NCBI RefSeq assembly: GCF_046105845.1
Contig: NZ_CP151004.1
Origin: Escherichia coli
GTDB taxonomy: Bacteria > Pseudomonadota > Gammaproteobacteria > Enterobacterales > Enterobacteriaceae
Reading direction: 5' to 3' (one strand)
Length of the DNA: 64,000 nt
In this document: positions 23,440 to 32,734 of the stretch, in pieces
How the letters are laid out: every line of letters starts with the position of its first letter
Position numbering within the stretch: the first letter of the stretch is position 1
Position numbers and translations under genes: made by a program
The notes under the pieces: model-generated
Seen by the model: only the letters and a program-made list of their open reading frames with translations
Database searches by the model: none
What the model was told of the DNA's origin: nothing

Positions 23440-24390
23440 TTACGTTTTAATAATATGGGTGCCCGTTTCGCCACGCAGCGCCGCGGGCAGGCATTCCGGC
23501 GTGGTGATAATCACTTCTTTACCGCCCTGTTCCAGGAACGTCAGGCTGGCGATGATTTTTGGCAACATGCTGCCAGGCGGAAAATGCCCTTCCTGCATAT
23601 AGCGGGTCATGGTGGCAATATCCACCCGATCCAGCGCCTGCTGCTGCGGTTTGCCAAAGTGAATACACACTTTTTCGACGCCGGTGGTGATCACCAGAAT
23701 GTCGGCGTGAATTTCACGGGCCAATAGCGCGGTAGAGAGATCTTTGTCGATAACCGCGTCCACACTTTGGTAATCTCCCGCTTCGGTGCGCACCACAGGA
23801 ATTCCGCCGCCGCCCGCGCCAATCACCACAAAGCCTTGTTGGATCAGCGCCTTAATGGCCGGTGCTTCGACAATACGTTTCGGTTCCGGCGAGGCGACCA
23901 CGCGGCGATAGCCCCGTCCGGCATCTTCAACAAAACGCCAGTCAGGGTTTGCCTTTTGTAATTCGTCACGCTGGCTTTCACTAAAGAATGCGCCGATGGG
24001 CTTGGTGGGATGGGCAAACCCCGGATCGTTTTTATCCACTTCCACCTGAGTCACCACGGTGACGGCTTTTTTCTCGCCGTGACGCGCCAGTCGGTTATTC
24101 AGCGCCTGTTGGATCAGATAGCCAATGCCGCCTTGCGTATCCGCCACACAGTTCGCCAGCGGCGTTAAGGGCAGCCCTTCGCGCTCGTGGGCTATCTCCG
24201 CGCGGCGTAAATCCAGACCGACCTGCGGCCCGTTGCCGTGGGTCAGCACAATGTCGTAATCGGAAGCCAGCATTTCCAGCACCGTATCGGCCACGGCTTT
24301 CACCGCCTCCGCCTGATGCTCAATCGACTGGCTGGCGTTATCTTTGATAATGCTGTTGCCACCAATGGCAACGACCACAAGTTCTTTCAT
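23440..24390 (-). CDS. yahI: Carbamate kinase-like protein YahI
   Basis: ORF track gives 374 aa from an upstream extension; ATG at 24390 gives 316 aa MKELVVVAIGGNSI... with the amino-acid kinase fold characteristic of carbamate kinases. Confidence 0.9.
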   Translation of the reverse strand: MKELVVVAIGGNSIIKDNASQSIEHQAEAVKAVADTVLEMLASDYDIVLTHGNGPQVGLDLRRAEIAHEREGLPLTPLANCVADTQGGIGYLIQQALNNRLARHGEKKAVTVVTQVEVDKNDPGFAHPTKPIGAFFSESQRDELQKANPDWRFVEDAGRGYRRVVASPEPKRIVEAPAIKALIQQGFVVIGAGGGGIPVVRTEAGDYQSVDAVIDKDLSTALLAREIHADILVITTGVEKVCIHFGKPQQQALDRVDIATMTRYMQEGHFPPGSMLPKIIASLTFLEQGGKEVIITTPECLPAALRGETGTHIIKT

Positions 24391-24484
24391 GTTGTTATGT
24401 CCGCTACAGAGGGTGATGGGGTTATGAGAGTGAGGTTGCCCCTCTCCCCAGAAGGGAGAAGGGATCGTAAGGTGCGTTTGCAGG

Positions 24485-25903
24485 TCAGACGCCGTAACGT
24501 TCGCACCAGCCAAGAATGGCTTTTTCGAAGCAGGCGAATGGTGGATGCACAATGCCCGCGCCAATCATGCCGACGCCCGCATCTTTATGGGCGATGGCGG
24601 TGTTGATCACTGGCAGAATGCCGCTACTGCCCACGCGGGTGATGTCGATTGCCGACGGCACGCCCATAAAACCGAGCAGCGGAATGGTGACGTTGGGGTT
24701 TTCACCGAGAGTGATTTCACGCATCTGGCGGGAGAAATCGATAGCCTCTTCCACCGTGCCGCCCACCAGCGCAACGATTGCAGGCGCGGTCGCCATGGCA
24801 AATCCGCCAATGCCGTAGGTTTCAGTGATGGCGCTGTCGCCGATATCCAGCCCCGAATCTTCCGGCTTATAACCGGCAAACATCGGCCCGATCACCTGCT
24901 GCGCCGGACCGGTAAACCATTGCCCCGGTAATCCGCTGACCCGCAGGCCGAACTCGACGCCGTTACGCGCCATGGTGGTCACCACAGTGCTGTATTCGAT
25001 GCCGTGCGCCGCATCCATCGCCGCTTTACACATCGCCATCCACGTCGGGCCGGAGAAGTAGTCACTGCTGGCGACAAACTCAAACACTTCGCGCTGTTGC
25101 TCGACGGAGTAGCCCGCCTGAATAATCCCCGGCGTCAGCGCCTGAATCAGCAGCGTCGTCCCGGCGTTATTGCGGTTATGGCACTCATCGCCCATATGCA
25201 GCGCCTGCGCCAGCATTAAGCGCAGATCGATCTCGCCGATAATTTTCATCGCATCGCGCAGCATGGGCCCCTGCACATCGCGCATCCAGTTGAGGCGGTC
25301 GATCACGCTCTGGTCGTTAGCGCCCATACGCAAAATCTTCGCCATCTGCTCGCTCATATTGGTGTAAGCGATGTTGCCGTAGGTTTTGTTTTTCACGATG
25401 TGCATAAACATCGAGGCCGAGGTAACACCCGCCATCGATCCCACACAGTCGTGTTCATGGCACGGCGAGAAGGTGATCTCCCCGGAGGCCGCCAGGTCAG
25501 CCGCCTCGTCGAGATCTTTCGCCAGCCCTTCGAACACCAGCGCCCCGGTGACCGCGCCTTTCATTGCGCCGCACATTTTTTCCCAGGTCACTGGCGGCCC
25601 GGCGTGAAGAATGGTTTTCGGCGTCATTCCCGGCACCACGTTAATCGCCTGATCAAAACCAATCAGCACCGGATGCGACTGGATAATGCGCTCCAGCGCC
25701 TGCTGGTTAGCGGCGGCGATTTTGTCCGCCAGCGGGGAATCGGCAATGTTGTCCAGCGCCTGCACCACCTGCATATTGCCCTGCCCCGGCGGCGTCCAGT
25801 CGAGTTGAGTCACTTCTACATGCTGCTTTTTCAGGTCATCGCTAAACATGGCGATGCCGACGTTAATAACGTTCAATGGTTGGCTAAACAGTGACTGGCT
25901 CAT
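24485..25903 (-). CDS. yahG: DUF1116-family protein YahG
   Basis: 472 aa ORF with ATG start overlapping the yahF stop (ATGA); gene order as K-12 yahEFG. Confidence 0.88.
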   Translation of the reverse strand: MSQSLFSQPLNVINVGIAMFSDDLKKQHVEVTQLDWTPPGQGNMQVVQALDNIADSPLADKIAAANQQALERIIQSHPVLIGFDQAINVVPGMTPKTILHAGPPVTWEKMCGAMKGAVTGALVFEGLAKDLDEAADLAASGEITFSPCHEHDCVGSMAGVTSASMFMHIVKNKTYGNIAYTNMSEQMAKILRMGANDQSVIDRLNWMRDVQGPMLRDAMKIIGEIDLRLMLAQALHMGDECHNRNNAGTTLLIQALTPGIIQAGYSVEQQREVFEFVASSDYFSGPTWMAMCKAAMDAAHGIEYSTVVTTMARNGVEFGLRVSGLPGQWFTGPAQQVIGPMFAGYKPEDSGLDIGDSAITETYGIGGFAMATAPAIVALVGGTVEEAIDFSRQMREITLGENPNVTIPLLGFMGVPSAIDITRVGSSGILPVINTAIAHKDAGVGMIGAGIVHPPFACFEKAILGWCERYGV

Positions 25904-27450
25904 CAGGCTTCCTCCCCTTTGCAGATAAATTCACGCGCCAGCAATCCGGTATTGGTGCTACTGCTGGCCAGAGTCACTCCGGCATCAAGCAGCATCTGGC
26001 TTTGTTGTTCTAATGATGGCGTATCAAGATCGGTACCCAGCACATAGGCGAGAATGATCAACTCACGTCCTTCGGCAGCGGCGATCGCTTTCGCCTCTTT
26101 GATCGCCTCGATGGTGGAACCGACCGGATCTTCATGCGATCCAAATCCGAGCACAAAATCCATCACGATCACCGCCACTTCTGGATCGCGCGCCTCTTCG
26201 ATCAAGCGGCTGATACGGTTGGTCGGGTCAATCATTGGATGCGGCTTGCCGTTGGTGAAGTCGTCATCGCCAAAGTCGAGGAAGGTGTGTTTGATGCTGC
26301 GGTTGATATCTTGCAGGCGGAATTCAGGATCGGGCTGAATATTGCTGTAGACATCGCCATGTTTTTCCATCACCGCGAACATGGTTTCGTCACACAGCGT
26401 ACCGCCGCAGAACAGGCCACGAATGTATTTCTGCTGCGGTTGCAGGCGAGCGCGCACGTCAGCAATCAACGACTGGTTCAGCGTATGCAGCTCGAGATGT
26501 TCCTGTTTCACGCCGGAGAGCATCACCGCTTTCAATGCCGCCTCTTTACTGCCGCGGGCAAACTGTAGCCCCTGCTCATCCACTGGCGTTTCGCCACGAC
26601 CGAGGAAGCAGACCACCACCGGCTTGCGGCAGGCACGTGCGCGTTCCAGCACTTTGCGGGCCACCGCAGGCGCAGGCGGTTTGGAGATAAGCACAATGAT
26701 TTCAGTTTGCGGATCGTTTTCCAGCATCCCGATGGCGTCGAGCATCATCAGGCCGCCGATTTTCTCGCTCAGGTCGCGCCCGCCGGTGCCAATCAGTTGC
26801 GAAACGCCGCCGCCAAATTCATGGATACGGACGCTCAGCTCCTGGCTGCCGGTGCCAGATGCGCCAACAATACCGATGTTGCCGCGACGCACGGCGTTAC
26901 CAAAGCAGAGCGCCGCGCCGTTGATAATCGCCGTGCCGCAGTCTGGCCCCATCATCAGCAGCCCTTTTTCGTGGGCCAGTTGTTTGAGCGCCAGTTCATC
27001 TTCAACTGAGACGTTATCGGAAAACAGCATCACGTTAAGATCGTTTTGCAGTGCCTGACGCGCTTCGCGAGCAGCAAACAGACCGTTGACCGAAATCACC
27101 GCCAGGTTACTTTCCGGGATATGCTTTTTGGCGCTGGCAATAGTGGCGTAACGCGCCTCGTGCGAGCCGCTTTGCGCTTTGGTGTTGAACAGTTCTTCAA
27201 TCTCCACCAGCAACTGCTCGTTGTCTGCGCCCGCTTTGCCGTTAATGACAATCATCAGGTCGCCGTTTTTCGCCTGCTCCAGCTCCGGCGTCAGCAGCCC
27301 TAAATTCTTCAGTACGCCTTTGTTCATTTCGGTCGCCATCGCCACAAATGCCTGCTCGACGCCGTCGAGTTTATTTGCACGCGTGGAGATAGACATCAGC
27401 GAGACAGAATCAAAATAGGTATTCGGTTTAATGACTATTTTAACTGACAT
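25903..27450 (-). CDS. yahF: CoA-binding / succinyl-CoA-synthetase-like protein YahF (FdrA paralog)
   Basis: 515 aa ORF with ATG start; CoA-ligase alpha-subunit-like glycine-rich motifs. Confidence 0.88.
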   Translation of the reverse strand: MSVKIVIKPNTYFDSVSLMSISTRANKLDGVEQAFVAMATEMNKGVLKNLGLLTPELEQAKNGDLMIVINGKAGADNEQLLVEIEELFNTKAQSGSHEARYATIASAKKHIPESNLAVISVNGLFAAREARQALQNDLNVMLFSDNVSVEDELALKQLAHEKGLLMMGPDCGTAIINGAALCFGNAVRRGNIGIVGASGTGSQELSVRIHEFGGGVSQLIGTGGRDLSEKIGGLMMLDAIGMLENDPQTEIIVLISKPPAPAVARKVLERARACRKPVVVCFLGRGETPVDEQGLQFARGSKEAALKAVMLSGVKQEHLELHTLNQSLIADVRARLQPQQKYIRGLFCGGTLCDETMFAVMEKHGDVYSNIQPDPEFRLQDINRSIKHTFLDFGDDDFTNGKPHPMIDPTNRISRLIEEARDPEVAVIVMDFVLGFGSHEDPVGSTIEAIKEAKAIAAAEGRELIILAYVLGTDLDTPSLEQQSQMLLDAGVTLASSSTNTGLLAREFICKGEEA

Positions 27451-28303
27451 AATTCCCTCCGTAGGTTTGGCTCAGCGCACAACCATCGGCCATGCCATAC
27501 AGCATGTCGCAGCCGGAACTGGAGCCAATATGTTTAATTTTTTCTATTGCCTGAGTTGCGTTCCCAGGGATGTCATAAATAATGTTATGAATAAAACGAT
27601 GAATATTTTCCCGGCAGCGTTGTTGTAATGCGGCTTCCAGCGTTATGGCACTTAATAACGTGGTATTATTTCTGCCGCGTTGCAGACCGAGATAAAATTC
27701 CTCTTTGTATTTTTCCGCCGGATGTCCGGAAATAAATAAAATAAGCGCCAGACCTGTTAAATAATCGTCGGCTGATGGCGTAAGGCCAATCCCTAAGCCC
27801 ATCATACTGGCGACTGCTGAGGCGATATTTTGTTTATCGTTTACGGCCTGAATAACTGCCCGTCGTTTAATATGTAATTCTTTATTTAACGCCTGATAAA
27901 ACGGATTATCGCCGCAATAATTAAACAGGGTTTCATTTTCCCCCAGGTGCTGATGAATAATGTCATGCCACTGTTGCCAGGCGATAAGGTGAAAATTCAC
28001 AGCGGTCATTTGCAAGGTTGGGGACAGCCAACGCCGACAACGACTCATCTCTATATGAAGATGTTGACCAACCGTAATGCCTTGATCGTCAAACTGAACC
28101 TTATCACCATGCCGGAACAGACCATCAAAGTGAGTGAGTGCCAACCGACAACTGTTTGGCGCATTGTCATACTCTTCACAAAGCAGCGTCAGCAACTGCT
28201 GGCGGGCCGGAAGTGCGATATTTACCGCTCTGGCAAAGACCTGTTCAACCTGTCCTTGCCCCCGCTGTGCCAGAAAATCCGCATCCGCAGTTAGCGCCCA
28301 CAC
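27440..28303 (-). CDS. yahE: Uncharacterised protein YahE (YlbF paralog)
   Basis: 287 aa ORF (GTG start in track) overlapping the yahF start by 11 bp. Confidence 0.8.
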   Translation of the reverse strand: MWALTADADFLAQRGQGQVEQVFARAVNIALPARQQLLTLLCEEYDNAPNSCRLALTHFDGLFRHGDKVQFDDQGITVGQHLHIEMSRCRRWLSPTLQMTAVNFHLIAWQQWHDIIHQHLGENETLFNYCGDNPFYQALNKELHIKRRAVIQAVNDKQNIASAVASMMGLGIGLTPSADDYLTGLALILFISGHPAEKYKEEFYLGLQRGRNNTTLLSAITLEAALQQRCRENIHRFIHNIIYDIPGNATQAIEKIKHIGSSSGCDMLYGMADGCALSQTYGGNYVS

Positions 28304-28342
28304 ACACCGTCTTTCTGGTGTGTTGATAGCAAGCCTCCCGGT

Positions 28343-28948
28343 TTATGCACCTGCGGCAATCAGTAACTGTGCAATCTCTTCAAAGCCTCGTTCCCGCGCC
28401 AGTTCCAGCGGCGTTTTGCCATATTTATCCGTCATGTGCGGGCTGGCACCGTGTTCCAGCAATAACTGGACAATCGCCTGCTGTTTAATCCCGCCATCAT
28501 TAAGCACAATTGCTTCCAGTAGCGGCGTCCAGCCAACATGGTTGGTCTGGTTAACGTTAATCTCCGTATGCGCCAAAAGCTCTTTTACAATACTTAAATG
28601 GCCTTTTTCACAGGCAGGCGTCAGGCCGACACCGCCAAAACGGGTGACGCAATTAAGATCAGGTTTAGCCGGTAAAATAATCCGTAACAGGGTTAAATCG
28701 CCGGTCAGGCAGCTAATTAAAAAAGGATTTGAACATATTTGATCTTGCTTATTAATATCCGCTCCGGCATCAATTAATGCCTGAACGCAAGCATATTGCT
28801 GATATAAACTTGCCAGCGTAATTGCCGTTTTCCCCTGACGATCGCAGGTATTAATATCGACACCCAGCGCAAGGCATGTTTTTACTTTATCGATATCACC
28901 CTGTTGCGCAGCCAATAAATAGTCGGCAGGTAGATTTTTTATAGTCAT
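28343..28948 (-). CDS. yahD: Ankyrin-repeat protein YahD
   Basis: 201 aa ORF with ATG start; repeated ankyrin-like motifs (GxTPL...A...G-hydrophobic-LL..GA). Confidence 0.88.
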   Translation of the reverse strand: MTIKNLPADYLLAAQQGDIDKVKTCLALGVDINTCDRQGKTAITLASLYQQYACVQALIDAGADINKQDQICSNPFLISCLTGDLTLLRIILPAKPDLNCVTRFGGVGLTPACEKGHLSIVKELLAHTEINVNQTNHVGWTPLLEAIVLNDGGIKQQAIVQLLLEHGASPHMTDKYGKTPLELARERGFEEIAQLLIAAGA

Positions 28949-29205
28949 TCACATTCCCCTGGTTTTTGTGGCTGTTTTCGATGAATTGAGAATAGCAACG
29001 ATAATCTGATAAAAGAACCCGCTTAAATTTAATTCGCCGTATTTCGCCTTTTTGTTGAATGATGTTCAACAATCTTTTCGCAGTGTGCGGTAGTGCAATA
29101 TTTGTTTCTTTGACCCGATACCCTTTCACTCAATCAGGTTTTATTTCTCTATAGTCTGCACATGTAAGAGTAGCTTTCGTCCATGTCTAACCAGAGGGGA
29201 ACAAG

Positions 29206-29703
29206 ATGAACGGACTCACGGCAACGGGTGTCACCGTCGGTATTTGTGCAGGGCTTTGGCAGTTAGTGTCTTCACATGTCGGGCTCTCTCAGGGATGGGA
29301 ATTATTAGGAACTATTGGCTTCGTCGCCTTTTGCAGTTTTTATGCCGTAGGCGGCGGTAAATCGGGGTTTATCAGAAGCCTGGCGGTTAATTATTCTGGG
29401 ATGGTGTGGGCGTTTTTCGCCGCGCTGGCTGCCGGTTGGCTGGCCTCGGTGAGTGGATTGTCCACGTTCTGGGCGAGCGTGATTATGACTGTACCCTTCT
29501 CGGCGGTGGTGGTCTGGCAAGGACGTTTCGGTTTATTGTCTTTTATTCCCGGAGGCTTTCTCGGCATGACGCTATTTTTTGCCAGCGGGATGAACTGGAC
29601 GGTGACATTACTGGGTTTTCTGGCGGGTAACTGCGTGGGGATAATTTCAGAATATGGCGGACAAAAATTAAGCGAAGCGACGACTAAACGCGACGGGTAT
29701 TAA
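29206..29703 (+). CDS. yahC: Small inner-membrane protein YahC
   Basis: 165 aa hydrophobic ORF, ATG start with GAGGGGA ribosome-binding site upstream. Confidence 0.85.
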   Translation: MNGLTATGVTVGICAGLWQLVSSHVGLSQGWELLGTIGFVAFCSFYAVGGGKSGFIRSLAVNYSGMVWAFFAALAAGWLASVSGLSTFWASVIMTVPFSAVVVWQGRFGLLSFIPGGFLGMTLFFASGMNWTVTLLGFLAGNCVGIISEYGGQKLSEATTKRDGY

Positions 29704-29794
29704 AAGTTATTCAAAAATGATTATCTATCTTTAACCGATACCTCTACAGTCATGGCTGGAGAAATTCATATTCGATAATGGCGGGAATGGTTTA

Positions 29795-30727
29795 ATGAAC
29801 TCAATTTTTACCGAAGAGAATCTGTTGGCATTTACTACCGCTGCGCGTTTTGGCAGCTTCAGTAAAGCCGCAGAAGAGTTGGGTTTAACCACTTCCGCCA
29901 TTAGCTACACCATCAAGCGAATGGAAACAGGGCTGGATGTGGTGCTGTTCACTCGCAGTACCCGAAGCATTGAGTTAACGGAGTCCGGGCGTTATTTTTT
30001 CCGCAAAGCTACCGACCTGCTGAATGATTTTCACGCCATCAAACGCAGCATCGATACTATTTCGCAGGGTATAGAAGCACGGGTGCGCATTTGTATTAAC
30101 CAACTGCTTTATACGCCCAAACACACCGCACGCTTATTACAGGTACTGAAAAAGCAGTTTCCAACCTGCCAGATTACCGTGACGACCGAAGTGTATAACG
30201 GCGTCTGGGATGCGATTATTAATAATCAGGCGAATATTGCTATCGGCGCGCCCGACACACTGCTGGACGGCGGCGGCATTGATTACACGGAGATTGGCGC
30301 AATTCGCTGGGCTTTTGCTATCGCCCCGGATCACCCATTAGCCTTTGTGCCGGAGCCGATCGCCGAAAGCCAACTGCGTCTCTATCCTAATATCATGGTG
30401 GAGGACACCGCGCATACGATTAATAAAAAAGTGGGCTGGTTGCTGCATGGGCAGGAGTCGATTCTGGTGCCAGATTTCAACACCAAATGTCAGTGCCAGA
30501 TTTTAGGTGAAGGAATTGGTTTTTTGCCGGATTACATGGTCCGTGAGGCGATGGCGCAATCCCTGCTGGTTACCCGACAAATCCATAATCCGCGCCAGGA
30601 TTCACGCATGTTACTCGCAACTCAGCATTCTGCTACGGGTCAGGTGACGCAGTGGATTAAAAAACAATTTTCGCCAAATGGCATATTAACGGGGATCTAT
30701 CAGGATTTACTGCATCGGGAGAATTAA
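29795..30727 (+). CDS. yahB: LysR-family transcriptional regulator YahB
   Basis: 310 aa ORF with ATG start and N-terminal LysR HTH (FTTAARFGSFSKAAEELGLTTSAISYTIKRME). Confidence 0.9.
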   Translation: MNSIFTEENLLAFTTAARFGSFSKAAEELGLTTSAISYTIKRMETGLDVVLFTRSTRSIELTESGRYFFRKATDLLNDFHAIKRSIDTISQGIEARVRICINQLLYTPKHTARLLQVLKKQFPTCQITVTTEVYNGVWDAIINNQANIAIGAPDTLLDGGGIDYTEIGAIRWAFAIAPDHPLAFVPEPIAESQLRLYPNIMVEDTAHTINKKVGWLLHGQESILVPDFNTKCQCQILGEGIGFLPDYMVREAMAQSLLVTRQIHNPRQDSRMLLATQHSATGQVTQWIKKQFSPNGILTGIYQDLLHREN

Positions 30728-30768
30728 TCGCTGCCAACCTCCCGATGCGCTGTGAATAGCGGTTTACA

Positions 30769-31857
30769 TCAACCACCTGCTTTCATTACCCATTCAGAGA
30801 TAAATTTATTACCCGGTACTGGCGGAGAGTACAAATAGCCCTGCAAAAAGTGAACGCCTTTGCCGATCATTAAATCCGCCTGCTCCTGGGTTTCTACCCC
30901 TTCCGCCACGATACTCAGACCAGGCTTACGCGCCAGTTCGACAATATTGTCCACAATATGACCGGATATTTCGTCCACGCTCGCCATTTGCACAAATGAC
31001 TTATCGATCTTAATAAAATCGACCGGAAACGCCTGCAGATAACGATAGGTCGCATAACCCGTACCAAAGTCATCCAGCGCAAAGGTAATGTTGTGCTGAT
31101 GAAGGCTGTCAAATATCGCTCTGGCTTCTGGCGTTACCGGAATAGGGTTACGTTCCGTTAGCTCGAGAACCAGTTTGATTTTATCGTTACCTAATTTCTT
31201 AACCAGGTTCAGACACTCTTTTTCAAATCCCGCAGCCAAAAAACAACCCGCCGAGACGTTGATGCCAATATGGAAATTATCCGGCAGCAAATGTTTTACC
31301 GGCATCAGAATATCCGCAGTCTGTTTCATCAACTGGCGAGTCATTATGACGATAAGACCAGATGACTCCGCCAGAGGAATAAACTGATCCGGTGGGATAA
31401 TTCCCGTTTGTGGATGTTCCCAGCGGACAAGCACCTCACAGCCCGTCAGTACCCCAGTCTGCGCGCAGAAAACCGGTTGGATCCACGGTTTAAACTCATG
31501 GTTTTCCAACGCCAGACTGATGGCTTCAGGCGTGACGATATGGTGATAGTGATTATCATTAATATATTTGTGACTATTATTACCCGTGGCGGATATGATC
31601 TCCGGATTGTACTGAAAGAAAATATCCCGCCAGAAAGTAATATCACTCTGAATCCCCAGTTTCTCAAAGAGCTGTTTCTTTTGATGTGAAATGGTCTTTG
31701 CACTGCGATTTCTGTACTGTGATATTTCTGTTACAGACATTCCCTGCATCAGCAGCTTGAGTAGCAGTCGTTCTTTCTCGGATACGCTACCAGGCAATGA
31801 CAAATGAACCGTTGTACCGAACTCTTGCAGAAAAACACGAAAATCACATGAATTCAT
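30769..31857 (-). CDS. pdeL: c-di-GMP phosphodiesterase with LuxR-type HTH and EAL domain
   Basis: ATG at 31857 gives 362 aa MNSCDFRVFLQEF...; N-terminal LuxR-type HTH (LLMQGMSVTEISQYRNRSAKTISHQKKQLFEKLG) and C-terminal EAL domain (ELTE motif). Confidence 0.9.
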   Translation of the reverse strand: MNSCDFRVFLQEFGTTVHLSLPGSVSEKERLLLKLLMQGMSVTEISQYRNRSAKTISHQKKQLFEKLGIQSDITFWRDIFFQYNPEIISATGNNSHKYINDNHYHHIVTPEAISLALENHEFKPWIQPVFCAQTGVLTGCEVLVRWEHPQTGIIPPDQFIPLAESSGLIVIMTRQLMKQTADILMPVKHLLPDNFHIGINVSAGCFLAAGFEKECLNLVKKLGNDKIKLVLELTERNPIPVTPEARAIFDSLHQHNITFALDDFGTGYATYRYLQAFPVDFIKIDKSFVQMASVDEISGHIVDNIVELARKPGLSIVAEGVETQEQADLMIGKGVHFLQGYLYSPPVPGNKFISEWVMKAGG

Positions 31858-32734
31858 GAACACACCTTTTATCTTTTATCGCTGTTCAGTATGAGTGATT
31901 ACCTGTGGATTCCTGAGCACACATAAGGGGTAACCATAAACATCAGCGATGCCATACGCATAACATCCCACATCACTATCAAAAAGATTATCTTTACCTC
32001 TGATGCTCGCTCAAAAACAGTTACGCTAAATACCTTAAAAAGGTAATCACAAGTCAAACTCAGGAGATAATCACGCAAGAATGCAATATTAAAATTCAGA
32101 TACTCATTTTTGGTAATAAAGAAGTAGTTGGACTATTTCAATATTTATAATTTCCCACTACGTATTGACGCCCATTCATGAGTAAAGGCGCATTATATGA
32201 ATTTAACAATCCAGATCAACTGAAAATACCTCAACCTCATAAACACATAGCGTCAACATTCAATGACATAATGAGTAAAGATGTTGGTTATGCATACACG
32301 TCATTACTCTATGCCTATCCCTTAACAACCTGCTTTTTAAGGCTGAATCCATTCAGCAATAGATGGCCAACATTATAACAATGACAATAAAAACAATATT
32401 TAAAACAATCAATAAAATATCAGACACAGACAATTAAACCTTAAACAACAAACAGTTACATTGATTTTAGTTGATTTGCGCTACGCGTTTCCCATGAATA
32501 AAGCGTCATTTCAAATTAGCACCAATATTTACATTAAATAAGACTAAGCTTATTGAACATTCACAACAGTCCAAGCGTAGGTTTTGGGCTTCAATAGTTC
32601 TTTTCTTTTTTATTATCTGTTGCCTGGCAATCATCAATCGATACTAAGGGCTTAACTGTACACAGATATAACGTATCAAGAGGTAAGAGAAACCGCGCCA
32701 TATGCAGACATGGCGCGGTTTTATGCAATAACAA

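Noticed and set aside
24436-24466. CCCCTCTCCCC / GGGAGAAGGG motif in the yahG-yahI intergenic region as a structured element or repeat
   Set aside because: Arms are imperfectly complementary and the potential stem is short (about 5 bp); insufficient to call a hairpin or a known repeat family.
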